DNA of 64,000 bases from Bacteroidales bacterium (GCA_017552705.1 JAFZOY010000094.1:21286-85285); one strand, 5' to 3'. Shown: positions 46,632 to 55,189, counted from the stretch's first letter. Numbers and translations are program-made. The notes: generated from the sequence alone by a model not told the origin.

Positions 46632-47816
46632 ATGAAAGGAAAAATATTTGTATTAGGTGTTTTGTTGTTTTGTGCTTGTTCTAATTCTGGACAAAACAAA
46701 AAAGGAGTTGTGTTTAACCCAAACAAAGGTAGCGACACAGAAATAAGTGATACGGAACGAGAACGTAAAATTGCTGAAAAACGTGCAAACTACATTCCGG
46801 GTGATGTAAAGGACTTGGTTGCCGATGCATACAAATTCGAGGGAAAGATAAAATTGACCATCTTTATTCCCGAAGACAACGATCTGTCGTTGAGTGACGC
46901 CAGAATGATAGAATCAAGAATGATCCAGATGGCGACTGCAAACGGTGTTGGTGGACTTGGGGGGAATCCTCGTTTTGTGCTTGCTCCAGTGATGACGGTT
47001 TTACAAAAAGATGTCACTACCACCGCTCCTGTAAAATATCTTATGAAGTATGATTTAACGTTGTATGTGGCAGATTTACTAACAGGAACTGTGTTCGGCT
47101 CATACAATGTACAAAAAACTGGCGTGGGAGAATCGGAACAACGTGCATGTGTGAATATGTTCAACGACTTGCCCCCCAAAGATGAGTCAATCCAACGTTT
47201 TTTGGAATCATCGCAGACAAAAATCGTGGAATTTTACAAACAAAATGGCAGTCAGTTCATAGCTGAGGCAAAAATGCTTGCTTCACAGAGAAAATACTCG
47301 CAGGCGTTGGCAATTTTGACTTCAATTCCTTCGATTGACAGTCTGCACTATGCGGAAGCGATGAAGTATTCCGACGAGATTTTTCCGAAATATTTGGAAC
47401 AGGAATGTTCCACGACCTTGGCTTTGATGAAGGCTTCGTTGGGTGGCAAGTCGCAGGAAGGTGGATTCAATCCCGAAGCAATGGGGTACTATGCCATGAT
47501 TCCAGAAGGAAAGTGCAAGGCCGAAGCCGATGCAGTATACAAAGAATACAAAGCAACGCTTTCGGAAGAGAAAAAACGTGCATGGGATAAGGAAGACCGC
47601 GAATGGCAAGCAAAAATGGCACAACAGAAGGCCGACAATGATTTTAGGACATTGCAGGAAGAGTTGAAAACCAAAATTGCAATATCGGCGAACAAATGTT
47701 TGCTCGACAAATACAAAAAAGATGCCGCCTACGACAAATTGCCGTGGATTCGTAAATGTATTCATTTAGGTAATTATGATCCTTTTGATGGTTGTAAGGC
47801 GGAAGAAGGTTGTTAA
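46632..47816 (+). CDS. Hypothetical lipoprotein 2 of 3
   Basis: 394 aa with a lipobox (LLFCACSNS), 3 nt after the previous stop. Has a helical/coiled C-terminal half and Cys pairs near the C-terminus. Confidence 0.8.
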   Translation: MKGKIFVLGVLLFCACSNSGQNKKGVVFNPNKGSDTEISDTERERKIAEKRANYIPGDVKDLVADAYKFEGKIKLTIFIPEDNDLSLSDARMIESRMIQMATANGVGGLGGNPRFVLAPVMTVLQKDVTTTAPVKYLMKYDLTLYVADLLTGTVFGSYNVQKTGVGESEQRACVNMFNDLPPKDESIQRFLESSQTKIVEFYKQNGSQFIAEAKMLASQRKYSQALAILTSIPSIDSLHYAEAMKYSDEIFPKYLEQECSTTLALMKASLGGKSQEGGFNPEAMGYYAMIPEGKCKAEADAVYKEYKATLSEEKKRAWDKEDREWQAKMAQQKADNDFRTLQEELKTKIAISANKCLLDKYKKDAAYDKLPWIRKCIHLGNYDPFDGCKAEEGC

Positions 47817-47832
47817 AACAAAAATCATATAT

Positions 47833-48576
47833 ATGGAATTATTAAATTGTAAATCTAAAATCTGGATTTTTATTCTGGCGATTTTTCTATGTGGTGCTTG
47901 TGATGATTATTCTACAAAAGTTAAAAAATGTATGAAAGAAAAATGGAAATCTCATTCTTATGGAGGATTTTTAGGTTTTGGACAAAAAAATGATACGCCC
48001 AAAGATATTGATGAAGCTCTTTACAAATATGATTTTGAAACCGCAAGGGCGTATTTACCTTGTTATGGTTCTTTAGATTATTTACTTTATAAGGAAAAAC
48101 TTATACAGATTAACAAAGCTGAGATTTCATATTTATTAAATCAAGGTGCTTTTGACAAAGCGAGAAATATTATTGAGGAATATGGTGACTATGGTGACTT
48201 GTATAGACAATACATTCTTCCCAAGTTAATCGAGAATAAAAAATATGATGAGGTATTTTTATATCTTTATAAGATAAGCATTCCTGTTCCTACTATTGCT
48301 AATTGTTATAGAGGAACTTATCATATCCATGACGATGATGAATATAATCAAGAAGTCGGAAAATATAATAGTCTTGTTGATATACTTGTAAATCAAGCTA
48401 TTGCCACAAATGATAGAGGTTTGGCAAAAAGAGCTTTATGTTCATATAAAGAGGATGGTGACTTTGTTAAATCATCCAAAACTGGTACAATCATATATAA
48501 AAAATCTCAAAATTATCTTAATGCTGTTCAAAAACTCAAGGCGGCAGGCTTTATTCCAAAGAATTATGACAAATAA
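47833..48576 (+). CDS. Hypothetical lipoprotein 3 of 3 (helical-repeat-like)
   Basis: Start set to ATG 47833 (MELLNCKSKIWIFILAIFLCGACDD, lipobox). 247 aa, AT-rich codons, TPR-like helical composition. Confidence 0.75.
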   Translation: MELLNCKSKIWIFILAIFLCGACDDYSTKVKKCMKEKWKSHSYGGFLGFGQKNDTPKDIDEALYKYDFETARAYLPCYGSLDYLLYKEKLIQINKAEISYLLNQGAFDKARNIIEEYGDYGDLYRQYILPKLIENKKYDEVFLYLYKISIPVPTIANCYRGTYHIHDDDEYNQEVGKYNSLVDILVNQAIATNDRGLAKRALCSYKEDGDFVKSSKTGTIIYKKSQNYLNAVQKLKAAGFIPKNYDK

Positions 48577-48617
48577 AAAAGACGCATTCAATTTTATAAC
48601 TGATATAACGCATAACC

Positions 48618-49553
48618 ATGAATCGGAAAAGACAGAAAACCATTACTCAAACAAGTATATTTGGTGAATATAAAAAGCCTGAGGATAGAGTTACTGCCGC
48701 GTTTTTACACATAATCCATATAGGCGGAAATCTTGTCATTCAAAGGCTGTTCGGAGATGTATTCGACATCCCTTCAAACGAGATTAGTGTTATACCACAA
48801 TCCTATCAAAAAGATTCAATCCCCGATGGAGAATTGTCATGTGAATGTAATTACCACATTTATATTGAAAGTAAAATTGTATGTAACACAATCAATGAGT
48901 CACAATTATCAAGTCATAAAAAATTATCAAACACAGCTGCGAATCAATATTTGATTTATTTGACTCCTGACGAAAATAAGCCTGACATTTTAGAGAAAGA
49001 AACTATAGAATGGATGAACTGGAATACTGTGATAAACAGACTACAAGGTATTGTTGCTGATGGTCAGTCGGATGTCTTATTGAAATATTTTATTGACCAA
49101 TTTGTCCTTTTAGTGGAGCATACGGTTTATGAAAAAGCGTATGCAATCCCGAAAGAACAAAGTGTGATTATTGTAGGTGGACGTTTCGGTGAAAAAGTGG
49201 CTCTAAATTATAATTTTTATGCATGTCAACCGAATAGAACATTTCGCCCTTCAAAATATATAGCATTTTATCATCAAAATAGGATTAAATATTTATTTGA
49301 AATTGTTTGTCAAAAGGAATCGGTTGATATTCAAAAAGAATCATGGGTTGATAAAAGCTATTTTGACAAGATAGAACCAAATTATCAGTCATGTCTCAGA
49401 AAATTTTTTCAGTTGAGTTTGGTTAAAACATTTTCACCTGAAATAAAAAATGATAAAACCGATAAGAATGGAAATCCTACCGCTTATGTGCAAGGTCAAA
49501 CTTATACGTCCTATAATAATATTATGAATGCAAGAACGACATCGGATTTGTAA
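48618..49553 (+). CDS. Uncharacterised protein, PD-(D/E)xK nuclease-like N-domain + extra C-domain (paralog A)
   Basis: 311 aa. Ordered motifs 'KPEDRVTAAFLH', 'SIPDGEL' and 'HIYIESK' fit E...PD...ExK. Paralogous to ORF 54339-55025 over ~190 aa. Confidence 0.7.
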   Translation: MNRKRQKTITQTSIFGEYKKPEDRVTAAFLHIIHIGGNLVIQRLFGDVFDIPSNEISVIPQSYQKDSIPDGELSCECNYHIYIESKIVCNTINESQLSSHKKLSNTAANQYLIYLTPDENKPDILEKETIEWMNWNTVINRLQGIVADGQSDVLLKYFIDQFVLLVEHTVYEKAYAIPKEQSVIIVGGRFGEKVALNYNFYACQPNRTFRPSKYIAFYHQNRIKYLFEIVCQKESVDIQKESWVDKSYFDKIEPNYQSCLRKFFQLSLVKTFSPEIKNDKTDKNGNPTAYVQGQTYTSYNNIMNARTTSDL

Positions 49554-49572
49554 CTAGTTCAAACATCTTGAT

Positions 49573-50895
49573 ATGATTCCTCAGGAAACAATAGATAAAA
49601 TCCTCAATATGACTCGTATAGAAGAAGTCATCGGAGATTTTGTGCCATTACGGAAAACTGGTGCGAACTATAAAGGCTGTTGCCCGTTTCACGACGAGAA
49701 AACGCCGTCGTTTGTGGTTTCACCGGCAAAAGGGTTGTTCAAATGTTTTGGCTGCGGAAAGGCGGGAAATGTCATTACATTTCTCAAAGAAAAGGAAAAA
49801 CTTTCTTATGCAGAGGCCATCAAGTATCTTGGCAACAAATACCATGTGGAAGTGGTTGAAACGGAACTTACCCCCGAGGAAAAAGAGAAAAGGGACGTTC
49901 GCGAAAGTCTTCAAATCGTCAACAAATTTGCCGCCGAGTGGTTTGAGAAAACGTTGTGGGAAAGCGAAGAGGGAAAATCCGTCGGCTTGGCGTATTTCAT
50001 GGAACGGGGCTTTACCGAAGAGGTGCTTCGGAAATTCCGTATTGGTTACTGTTTGCAGGAAAACAACGCATTTACAAACGCCGCCGAAGGCAATGGCTAC
50101 AAACTTGAATATCTGCAACGAGTTGGATTGACGTCTGTGAGCGAAAACGGCAAAACCGACAAATTCCAAGGGCGCGTTATCTTCCCCGTCACATCGCTTT
50201 CGGGGAATGTGGTGGGATTTGGCGGACGAGTTGTAACGCCTGCAAACGAACAAGTTGCCGGTGGTGCGAAGTATGTAAACTCGCCAAATTCCGAGATATA
50301 CGACAAGAGTTTTGTGCTCTATGGTTTGTCGCTTGCAAAAAACGAGATTGTCAAAAAAGACGAATGTATTCTGGTGGAAGGCTTCACCGACGTTCTTTCG
50401 TTGTATCAATCTGGAATACAGAATGTTGTAGCTTCGCTGGGAACGGCGTTGGTGCAAGGGCAAATCAATTTGATAAAACGATTCACCAAAAACATAGTGG
50501 TGATGTTCGATGGCGACGCGGCAGGAATTAAGGCGGCGATACGGGTAATCGACAATTGTCTCGAAAACGACATGAATGTCAGGGTAGTTCTGTTGCCCGA
50601 CAGCGCTGACTCCGACACGTTCACCCAACAGCACTCGTCACAAGAGATTGCGGATTACATTGACGAACACAAAACCGATTTCCTCACATTCAGGATTCGC
50701 CTTGCCGAGCACGAATGTGCGAACGACCCGATAAAGCGAGCTCAGTTTATCAATGCAATTACCGAAACCCTTGCAAAAATTCCGAATCTCATCACACGAA
50801 GCGTTTTCATTCAGGAATGTAGCAAACTACTTGATATTGACGTGCAGGCACTCAAGAATCAGATGGCGATAAATATGGATAACTCATTGCGATAA
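49573..50895 (+). CDS. dnaG: DnaG-type DNA primase lacking the C-terminal helicase-binding domain
   Basis: CHC2 zinc finger 'CCPFHDEKTPSFVVSPAKGLFKCFGCGKAGN' and Toprim 'ILVEGFTDVLSL'/'MFDGDAAGIKAA'. At 440 aa it ends where the E. coli DnaG CTD (about residue 434 onward) would begin. Confidence 0.85.
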   Translation: MIPQETIDKILNMTRIEEVIGDFVPLRKTGANYKGCCPFHDEKTPSFVVSPAKGLFKCFGCGKAGNVITFLKEKEKLSYAEAIKYLGNKYHVEVVETELTPEEKEKRDVRESLQIVNKFAAEWFEKTLWESEEGKSVGLAYFMERGFTEEVLRKFRIGYCLQENNAFTNAAEGNGYKLEYLQRVGLTSVSENGKTDKFQGRVIFPVTSLSGNVVGFGGRVVTPANEQVAGGAKYVNSPNSEIYDKSFVLYGLSLAKNEIVKKDECILVEGFTDVLSLYQSGIQNVVASLGTALVQGQINLIKRFTKNIVVMFDGDAAGIKAAIRVIDNCLENDMNVRVVLLPDSADSDTFTQQHSSQEIADYIDEHKTDFLTFRIRLAEHECANDPIKRAQFINAITETLAKIPNLITRSVFIQECSKLLDIDVQALKNQMAINMDNSLR

Positions 50896-50901
50896 ACTAT
50901 T

Positions 50902-52056
50902 ATGGATACTAAAAAATGGACCGATACCTATGGTGTATCATTTGAACAAATAGAAACAGGAGTGATTTTGTGTGGTGTGGCTAAAGATAGTCCGCTTCGC
51001 GGCACATCATTACAAGATTATGAGATTCCCGAAGGCGTAACAGAAATCGGTGAGCATGCGTTTGAAGGTTGTAATGGTTTAAACAGTATTTTAATACCAT
51101 CTTCAGTAACAAAAATCGGTAGTTGTGCATTTTGTGGTTGTGAATTTCTTCTTTCAACTATAAATGTTGTTCCCGAAGAATTTAAAAAGAATGAAGACTT
51201 GGCAGCTGATTATTCGTTAAGTTTTATTATCCCAAAATCTGTTAAGGAAATTGGAGATTGGGCGTTTAAAGGTTGCAAAGTTTTAAACTCAGTGATAATA
51301 TATCCGCCTACATATAGAATCGGAGAACATGCTTTTGAATCTTGTACTGCCTTAAAAAGTGTTACTTTTGTTGTATCTGGCTTTCCTATCGAAAATTATG
51401 GGTTGCAAATAGAAGATTATGCGTTTTATAATTGTTCTTTGAAAAAAGTCGTGTTACCATCAATGTCAACAAAAATAAAAGAACATTCCTTTGACAAAAA
51501 TGTTGCTGTAACACAGGAATGGAAAGATACCGACAACGTATTTTTTGTACAAGACGAAAAAGGGATAACACTTGTCAAAGCACCATTTTCCCTCGAATTC
51601 GACGAATATGGAGGAATACCCTTTGACGAATCAATTGATGAATATGAAATTCCCGAGGGTGTGACAAGAATTGAATATGATGCGTTTAGAAATTGTGAGA
51701 ATCTTACAAAGGTGGTTATACCAGATTCAGTGAAAGAAATCGGTGAATACGCATTTTCAGGGTGTATAAGCCTATCAAGTATTTCTATTCCACATTTAGT
51801 GACAGAAATTAAAGAATGTGTGTTTGGAAATTGCGAAGCGTTGGAAAATGTTATCATACCAAATTCTGTAAAAACAATTGCTTGCTATGCGTTTTGTGAT
51901 TGCAAAGCATTGTCAAGTGTGACTATCCCGGAATCGGTGAAAGAAATTGGTGAAAAAGCTTTTTGGGGGTGCAACTTGAAGTCGGTAACCTTGCCAAAAA
52001 CAACTGAAATCGAGGAAGATTCCTTTGACGAAGGTGTGGAAATAATCAGGGTGTAA
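50902..52056 (+). CDS. BspA-type leucine-rich repeat protein, no signal peptide
   Basis: 384 aa with repeats 'IPxSVxEIGxxAFxGCxxLxSIxIP'. Two modules each open with a 'YEIPEGVT.I' lead-in. The N-terminus (MDTKKWTDTYG) is not hydrophobic. Confidence 0.85.
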   Translation: MDTKKWTDTYGVSFEQIETGVILCGVAKDSPLRGTSLQDYEIPEGVTEIGEHAFEGCNGLNSILIPSSVTKIGSCAFCGCEFLLSTINVVPEEFKKNEDLAADYSLSFIIPKSVKEIGDWAFKGCKVLNSVIIYPPTYRIGEHAFESCTALKSVTFVVSGFPIENYGLQIEDYAFYNCSLKKVVLPSMSTKIKEHSFDKNVAVTQEWKDTDNVFFVQDEKGITLVKAPFSLEFDEYGGIPFDESIDEYEIPEGVTRIEYDAFRNCENLTKVVIPDSVKEIGEYAFSGCISLSSISIPHLVTEIKECVFGNCEALENVIIPNSVKTIACYAFCDCKALSSVTIPESVKEIGEKAFWGCNLKSVTLPKTTEIEEDSFDEGVEIIRV

Positions 52057-52403
52057 TTTTTCAGGAAAAGACGAATTTCCCCATATCCCCGTCCGTCAGA
52101 CCATTTGATAAGGAAAAAGAAGAGGCAGAAAGACGGAAAGCAAACGGTATTCAAGAGAATTCGATTATTGTCAAAAATGACGGTTTGCTATATTCCAAGT
52201 ACATTCTAATTCTTGACTACATCATAGAACTGATTTCAAATGGGAAAGTAATTGGTTTGGAGGAATTCGTTATTACAATTAAAAATAAATTGAGTGAAAT
52301 ATAATTATGGAAAGAAAAGACATATAACGAATTCGTAGATGTTGAAAAATTTAACGAATTGCAAAAGAAAAAATAATGTTTAATATTTAAAAATCAATAA
52401 GTT

Positions 52404-52970
52404 ATGGCGAATATAGTAGATGCAAGTTATTATATTGAAGGTAATGAAGAAACAATAGATCTGGTGTACAACGCTTTGACGAAAAACAAATCACAAGATG
52501 GAGTTTCTCTTGGTTGCATTCTTCGGGACTGTGGTATTGATATAGAAAAATTACATGGTGCTGAATGGGTTTTTTCTTATCATAGAATGAAACCGAATGT
52601 TGTGTACATTTCTACTGAATCACGTTGGTGGCCGTCTAATTTCTCAGAGATGCTTGAAGAACATTTTAAGGATTTACGTGTTTATTATCAAGTCTGTGAT
52701 ACAGAAAGTTGTTGCTTACCCGAAACCAATGATATTGAAGGAAAGTATTTTAAGAGATACATGTGTACTACTTATTCCAACCTCGATGATCGGCTGGGAA
52801 TAGGGTGCGAATCGTTTTCTACGTTAGAGGAAGTGTTTGTTTTTCTTAAAGAACACACAAATTTTATTTCCACAATGGAAGATGTGAGAAAATATAACGA
52901 CTTATATAAGGATAAAACTGCAAAAATAGTCATTGTAGATAAATGCTCAGTAGAAAATTTAAGTAAATAA
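52404..52970 (+). CDS. Hypothetical cytoplasmic protein (possibly DUF1281/YubB ferredoxin-like; weak)
   Basis: 188-aa ORF between the two LRR genes. 'YIEGNEETIDLVYNAL' and 'STESRWWPSNFSEMLEEHF' loosely recall Api92/YubB-like domains. From memory only. Confidence 0.6.
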   Translation: MANIVDASYYIEGNEETIDLVYNALTKNKSQDGVSLGCILRDCGIDIEKLHGAEWVFSYHRMKPNVVYISTESRWWPSNFSEMLEEHFKDLRVYYQVCDTESCCLPETNDIEGKYFKRYMCTTYSNLDDRLGIGCESFSTLEEVFVFLKEHTNFISTMEDVRKYNDLYKDKTAKIVIVDKCSVENLSK

Positions 52971-53012
52971 CTTTTGGCTACAAATAATTATTCAACTTTA
53001 GACAATTTAATT

Positions 53013-54314
53013 ATGGAACCTATACATTTTCAAGATGAATTCGGGGTGCTGTTTGAAGATGACGGAACAAGTGTAACATTACTTGTGGCCTCCAATAAGC
53101 TTATACGTGAATATGTAATACCCGATTGTGTTACAGTAATCAATCATTCTGCATTTAAGGGGTGTGATAAACTCACCAATGTAACAATTCCCGACTCGGT
53201 GACGGAAATCGGAGGTTGTGCATTCTCTGGTTGCAGAGGTCTGACTTCTATCATTATCCCCAACTCGGTGACAAAAATTGGAATGTGGGCATTCTCTGGT
53301 TGCAGGGGGCTGACTTCTATCGTTATCCCTAATTCGGTGACGGAAATTGGATGGTATGCATTTTCTGCTTGCCGTGGATTGACTTCTATCACCATTCCCG
53401 AATCCGTGACCGAAATGAGAGAATTCGCATTTTCTGGTTGCACGGGGCTTACTACAATCACCATTTCCTGTTCAAAAATTGGTTTAGCTGCTTTTACAGG
53501 TTGCAGTGGACTAACAGCTATCAACATTCTCAAATCTGTGACGGAAATTGATAATAGGGCGTTTGAGGAATGCGATAGCTTACAGAGCGTGCTAATTCCT
53601 TCATCAGTAACGAGAATCGGGAGTTGGGCATTTGCTGATTGCAAATCACTAACTAAAATTATCATTCCAAATTCAGTAACGGAAATTGAGAGTGGCGCAT
53701 TTTTTCGTTGTAAAAAACTAACTACCGTTATACTCCCTGATTCAATAAGAGAAATTGGAGGAAAAGTGTTTAAAGATTGTGAAGAATTGACAAACATATC
53801 TTTACCCAACTCTATTAAGAAAATCGGTGTCGGAGCGTTTAATAATTGCAAGAAACTTACACGTGTTGTCATACCCAAATCAATGACGAGGATTGAAGAC
53901 AGCTCTTTTGTAAACTGCACTGGGCTTACCGAAGTTTCTATTCCCGATTCGATTATAGAAATAGGAATAAACGCCTTTGGCGGTTGTAAAAAACTTACCC
54001 ATGTCGTCATACCAAATTCCATAACGAAAATTGAAGACATTTCTTTTGCCAACTGCACGGGACTTACGGAGATTTCAATCCCCGATTCGGTGACAGAAAT
54101 AGGAAACTGGGCGTTTAAATGGTGCGAAAGCCTTACACACATAACAATTCCCAACTCGGTGAAAAAAATTGGATATAGCGCATTTGCAGAATGTAAGAAC
54201 CTTACCACAATTTCAATTCCCGATTCGGTAACGGAAATAGACGAACGGGCGTTTGAAGGTTGTGAAAAGTTAGACCTTCCCGATTGGGTGAAGAAACTCT
54301 GTAAGAATAAATAA
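53013..54314 (+). CDS. BspA-type leucine-rich repeat protein, no signal peptide
   Basis: About 16 LRR_5-type 23-aa repeats (IPNSVTKIGMWAFSGCRGLTSIV...). ATG 53013 (MEPIHFQDEF) is preferred; TTG 52974 is the track alternative. No signal, TM or sorting domain seen. Confidence 0.85.
   Translation: MEPIHFQDEFGVLFEDDGTSVTLLVASNKLIREYVIPDCVTVINHSAFKGCDKLTNVTIPDSVTEIGGCAFSGCRGLTSIIIPNSVTKIGMWAFSGCRGLTSIVIPNSVTEIGWYAFSACRGLTSITIPESVTEMREFAFSGCTGLTTITISCSKIGLAAFTGCSGLTAINILKSVTEIDNRAFEECDSLQSVLIPSSVTRIGSWAFADCKSLTKIIIPNSVTEIESGAFFRCKKLTTVILPDSIREIGGKVFKDCEELTNISLPNSIKKIGVGAFNNCKKLTRVVIPKSMTRIEDSSFVNCTGLTEVSIPDSIIEIGINAFGGCKKLTHVVIPNSITKIEDISFANCTGLTEISIPDSVTEIGNWAFKWCESLTHITIPNSVKKIGYSAFAECKNLTTISIPDSVTEIDERAFEGCEKLDLPDWVKKLCKNK
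53187..53465 (+). repeat. Four near-identical 69-bp (23-aa) LRR units
   Basis: IPDSVTEIGGCAFSGCRGLTSII / IPNSVTKIGMWAFSGCRGLTSIV / IPNSVTEIGWYAFSACRGLTSIT / IPESVTEMREFAFSGCTGLTTIT. DNA-level identity between the units is visibly high. Confidence 0.8.
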
Positions 54315-54338
54315 TGTATAACTATAAAAAACAAAACC

Positions 54339-55025
54339 ATGCTGCTAACAAATATCTTTGGAAATTATGCAAAGCCGGAGGACAAAATTACCGCCGCTCT
54401 TCTGCATGTGCTACAAAAAGGTGGAAACCTTGTCGTACAAAAACTTTTTGGTGCTGCATTCAACCTTCCGTCGGATGTCCACAACGTGCTTGACCTCACA
54501 TATGAGCACTATCCGCTGATTCATATTCGGAGTACGGTCATTCCGCCGGAAATATTCAGAATGAAACAGGAAATCGAAGTTCTCAACCGACAAATAACCG
54601 ACTTCGTAAAAAAACAAGAGTACGAGCGTGCCGCACAACTGCGTTACAAAAGAAACGAATTTCAAAAAGAGGTTGAATTGTTTTTCCCAGGAGACAAATT
54701 CCTTAACGAAAGTAGGATATGCGAGAATCACCTTTACATAGAAAGCATACTTTCCTGTAACGCAATCGACGAGACACAATTAGCAGCAAACAAAAAACTG
54801 TCAAACCCGTCAGCAGGCAATCATCTGATATACCTGACTCCCGACCAAACGAACCCCGACATCCTGACAACCGAAAATGTGGCGTGGATGAGTTGGACTA
54901 CTGTGACAGCATGCCTACAAAGTCTCATAGACGATGGTTCGGCTAACAGTGAGCTGAAATACTATATCGAGCAGTTTGTGAATTTATGTTTGGATAGAGA
55001 AACTGTGAAGGTAGTAGTGAAATAA
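54339..55025 (+). CDS. Uncharacterised protein, paralog B of ORF 48618 with a UVR-motif insertion
   Basis: 228 aa. Shares N- and C-blocks with paralog A. A ~60-aa insert carries 'KKQEYERAAQLRYKRNEF' (UvrB/UvrC-type UVR motif). The ExK position reads IESI. Confidence 0.7.
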   Translation: MLLTNIFGNYAKPEDKITAALLHVLQKGGNLVVQKLFGAAFNLPSDVHNVLDLTYEHYPLIHIRSTVIPPEIFRMKQEIEVLNRQITDFVKKQEYERAAQLRYKRNEFQKEVELFFPGDKFLNESRICENHLYIESILSCNAIDETQLAANKKLSNPSAGNHLIYLTPDQTNPDILTTENVAWMSWTTVTACLQSLIDDGSANSELKYYIEQFVNLCLDRETVKVVVK

Positions 55026-55050
55026 TTCACAATGCATAATTAGTGAAGCT

Positions 55051-55080
55051 AAGGGATTTCCGCAAGGGAATCCCTTTTTT
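55051..55080 (+). terminator. Intrinsic terminator ending the nuclease-like/primase/LRR gene string
   Basis: AAGGGATTTCCgcaaGGGAATCCCTTtttt: an 11-bp stem (one G-U) with a GCAA tetraloop and a T-run. Confidence 0.9.
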
Positions 55081-55156
55081 CGTCTCTACATTGGTTATCT
55101 TTTAAGAAGTAACAAACAGAATCGTATCGCATGGTTGCAGAATCAAAAATAATCAC

Positions 55157-55164
55157 TATTTTTG
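55157..55164 (+). promoter_or_regulatory. Candidate -7 promoter box for the RhuM-like gene
   Basis: TATTTTTG (TAnnTTTG) lies 26 nt upstream of ATG 55190. Confidence 0.35.
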
Positions 55165-55189
55165 AGCAACCAATTGAAGAGTAGTGAAC

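Noticed and set aside
49720-50634. 304-aa minus-strand ORF (and the 163-aa +2 ORF 49640-50131) overlapping dnaG
   Set aside because: The plus-strand frame carries unmistakable DnaG zinc-finger and Toprim motifs. The antisense product has no recognisable features and is Arg/Phe-rich, as expected from antisense translation.
51426-51857. 143-aa minus-strand ORF antisense to the first LRR gene
   Set aside because: Same repeat-mirror artefact as above. The plus-strand LRR reading is strongly supported.
53144-54340. 398-aa ORF on the minus strand, antisense to the second LRR gene
   Set aside because: Its translation is itself repetitive (..SVTESGIEI.. units), an antisense mirror of the 69-bp LRR repeats. 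The plus-strand frame matches the BspA LRR_5 consensus (IPxSVxxIGxxAFxxC) exactly. Antisense frames of periodic repeats stay open by composition.
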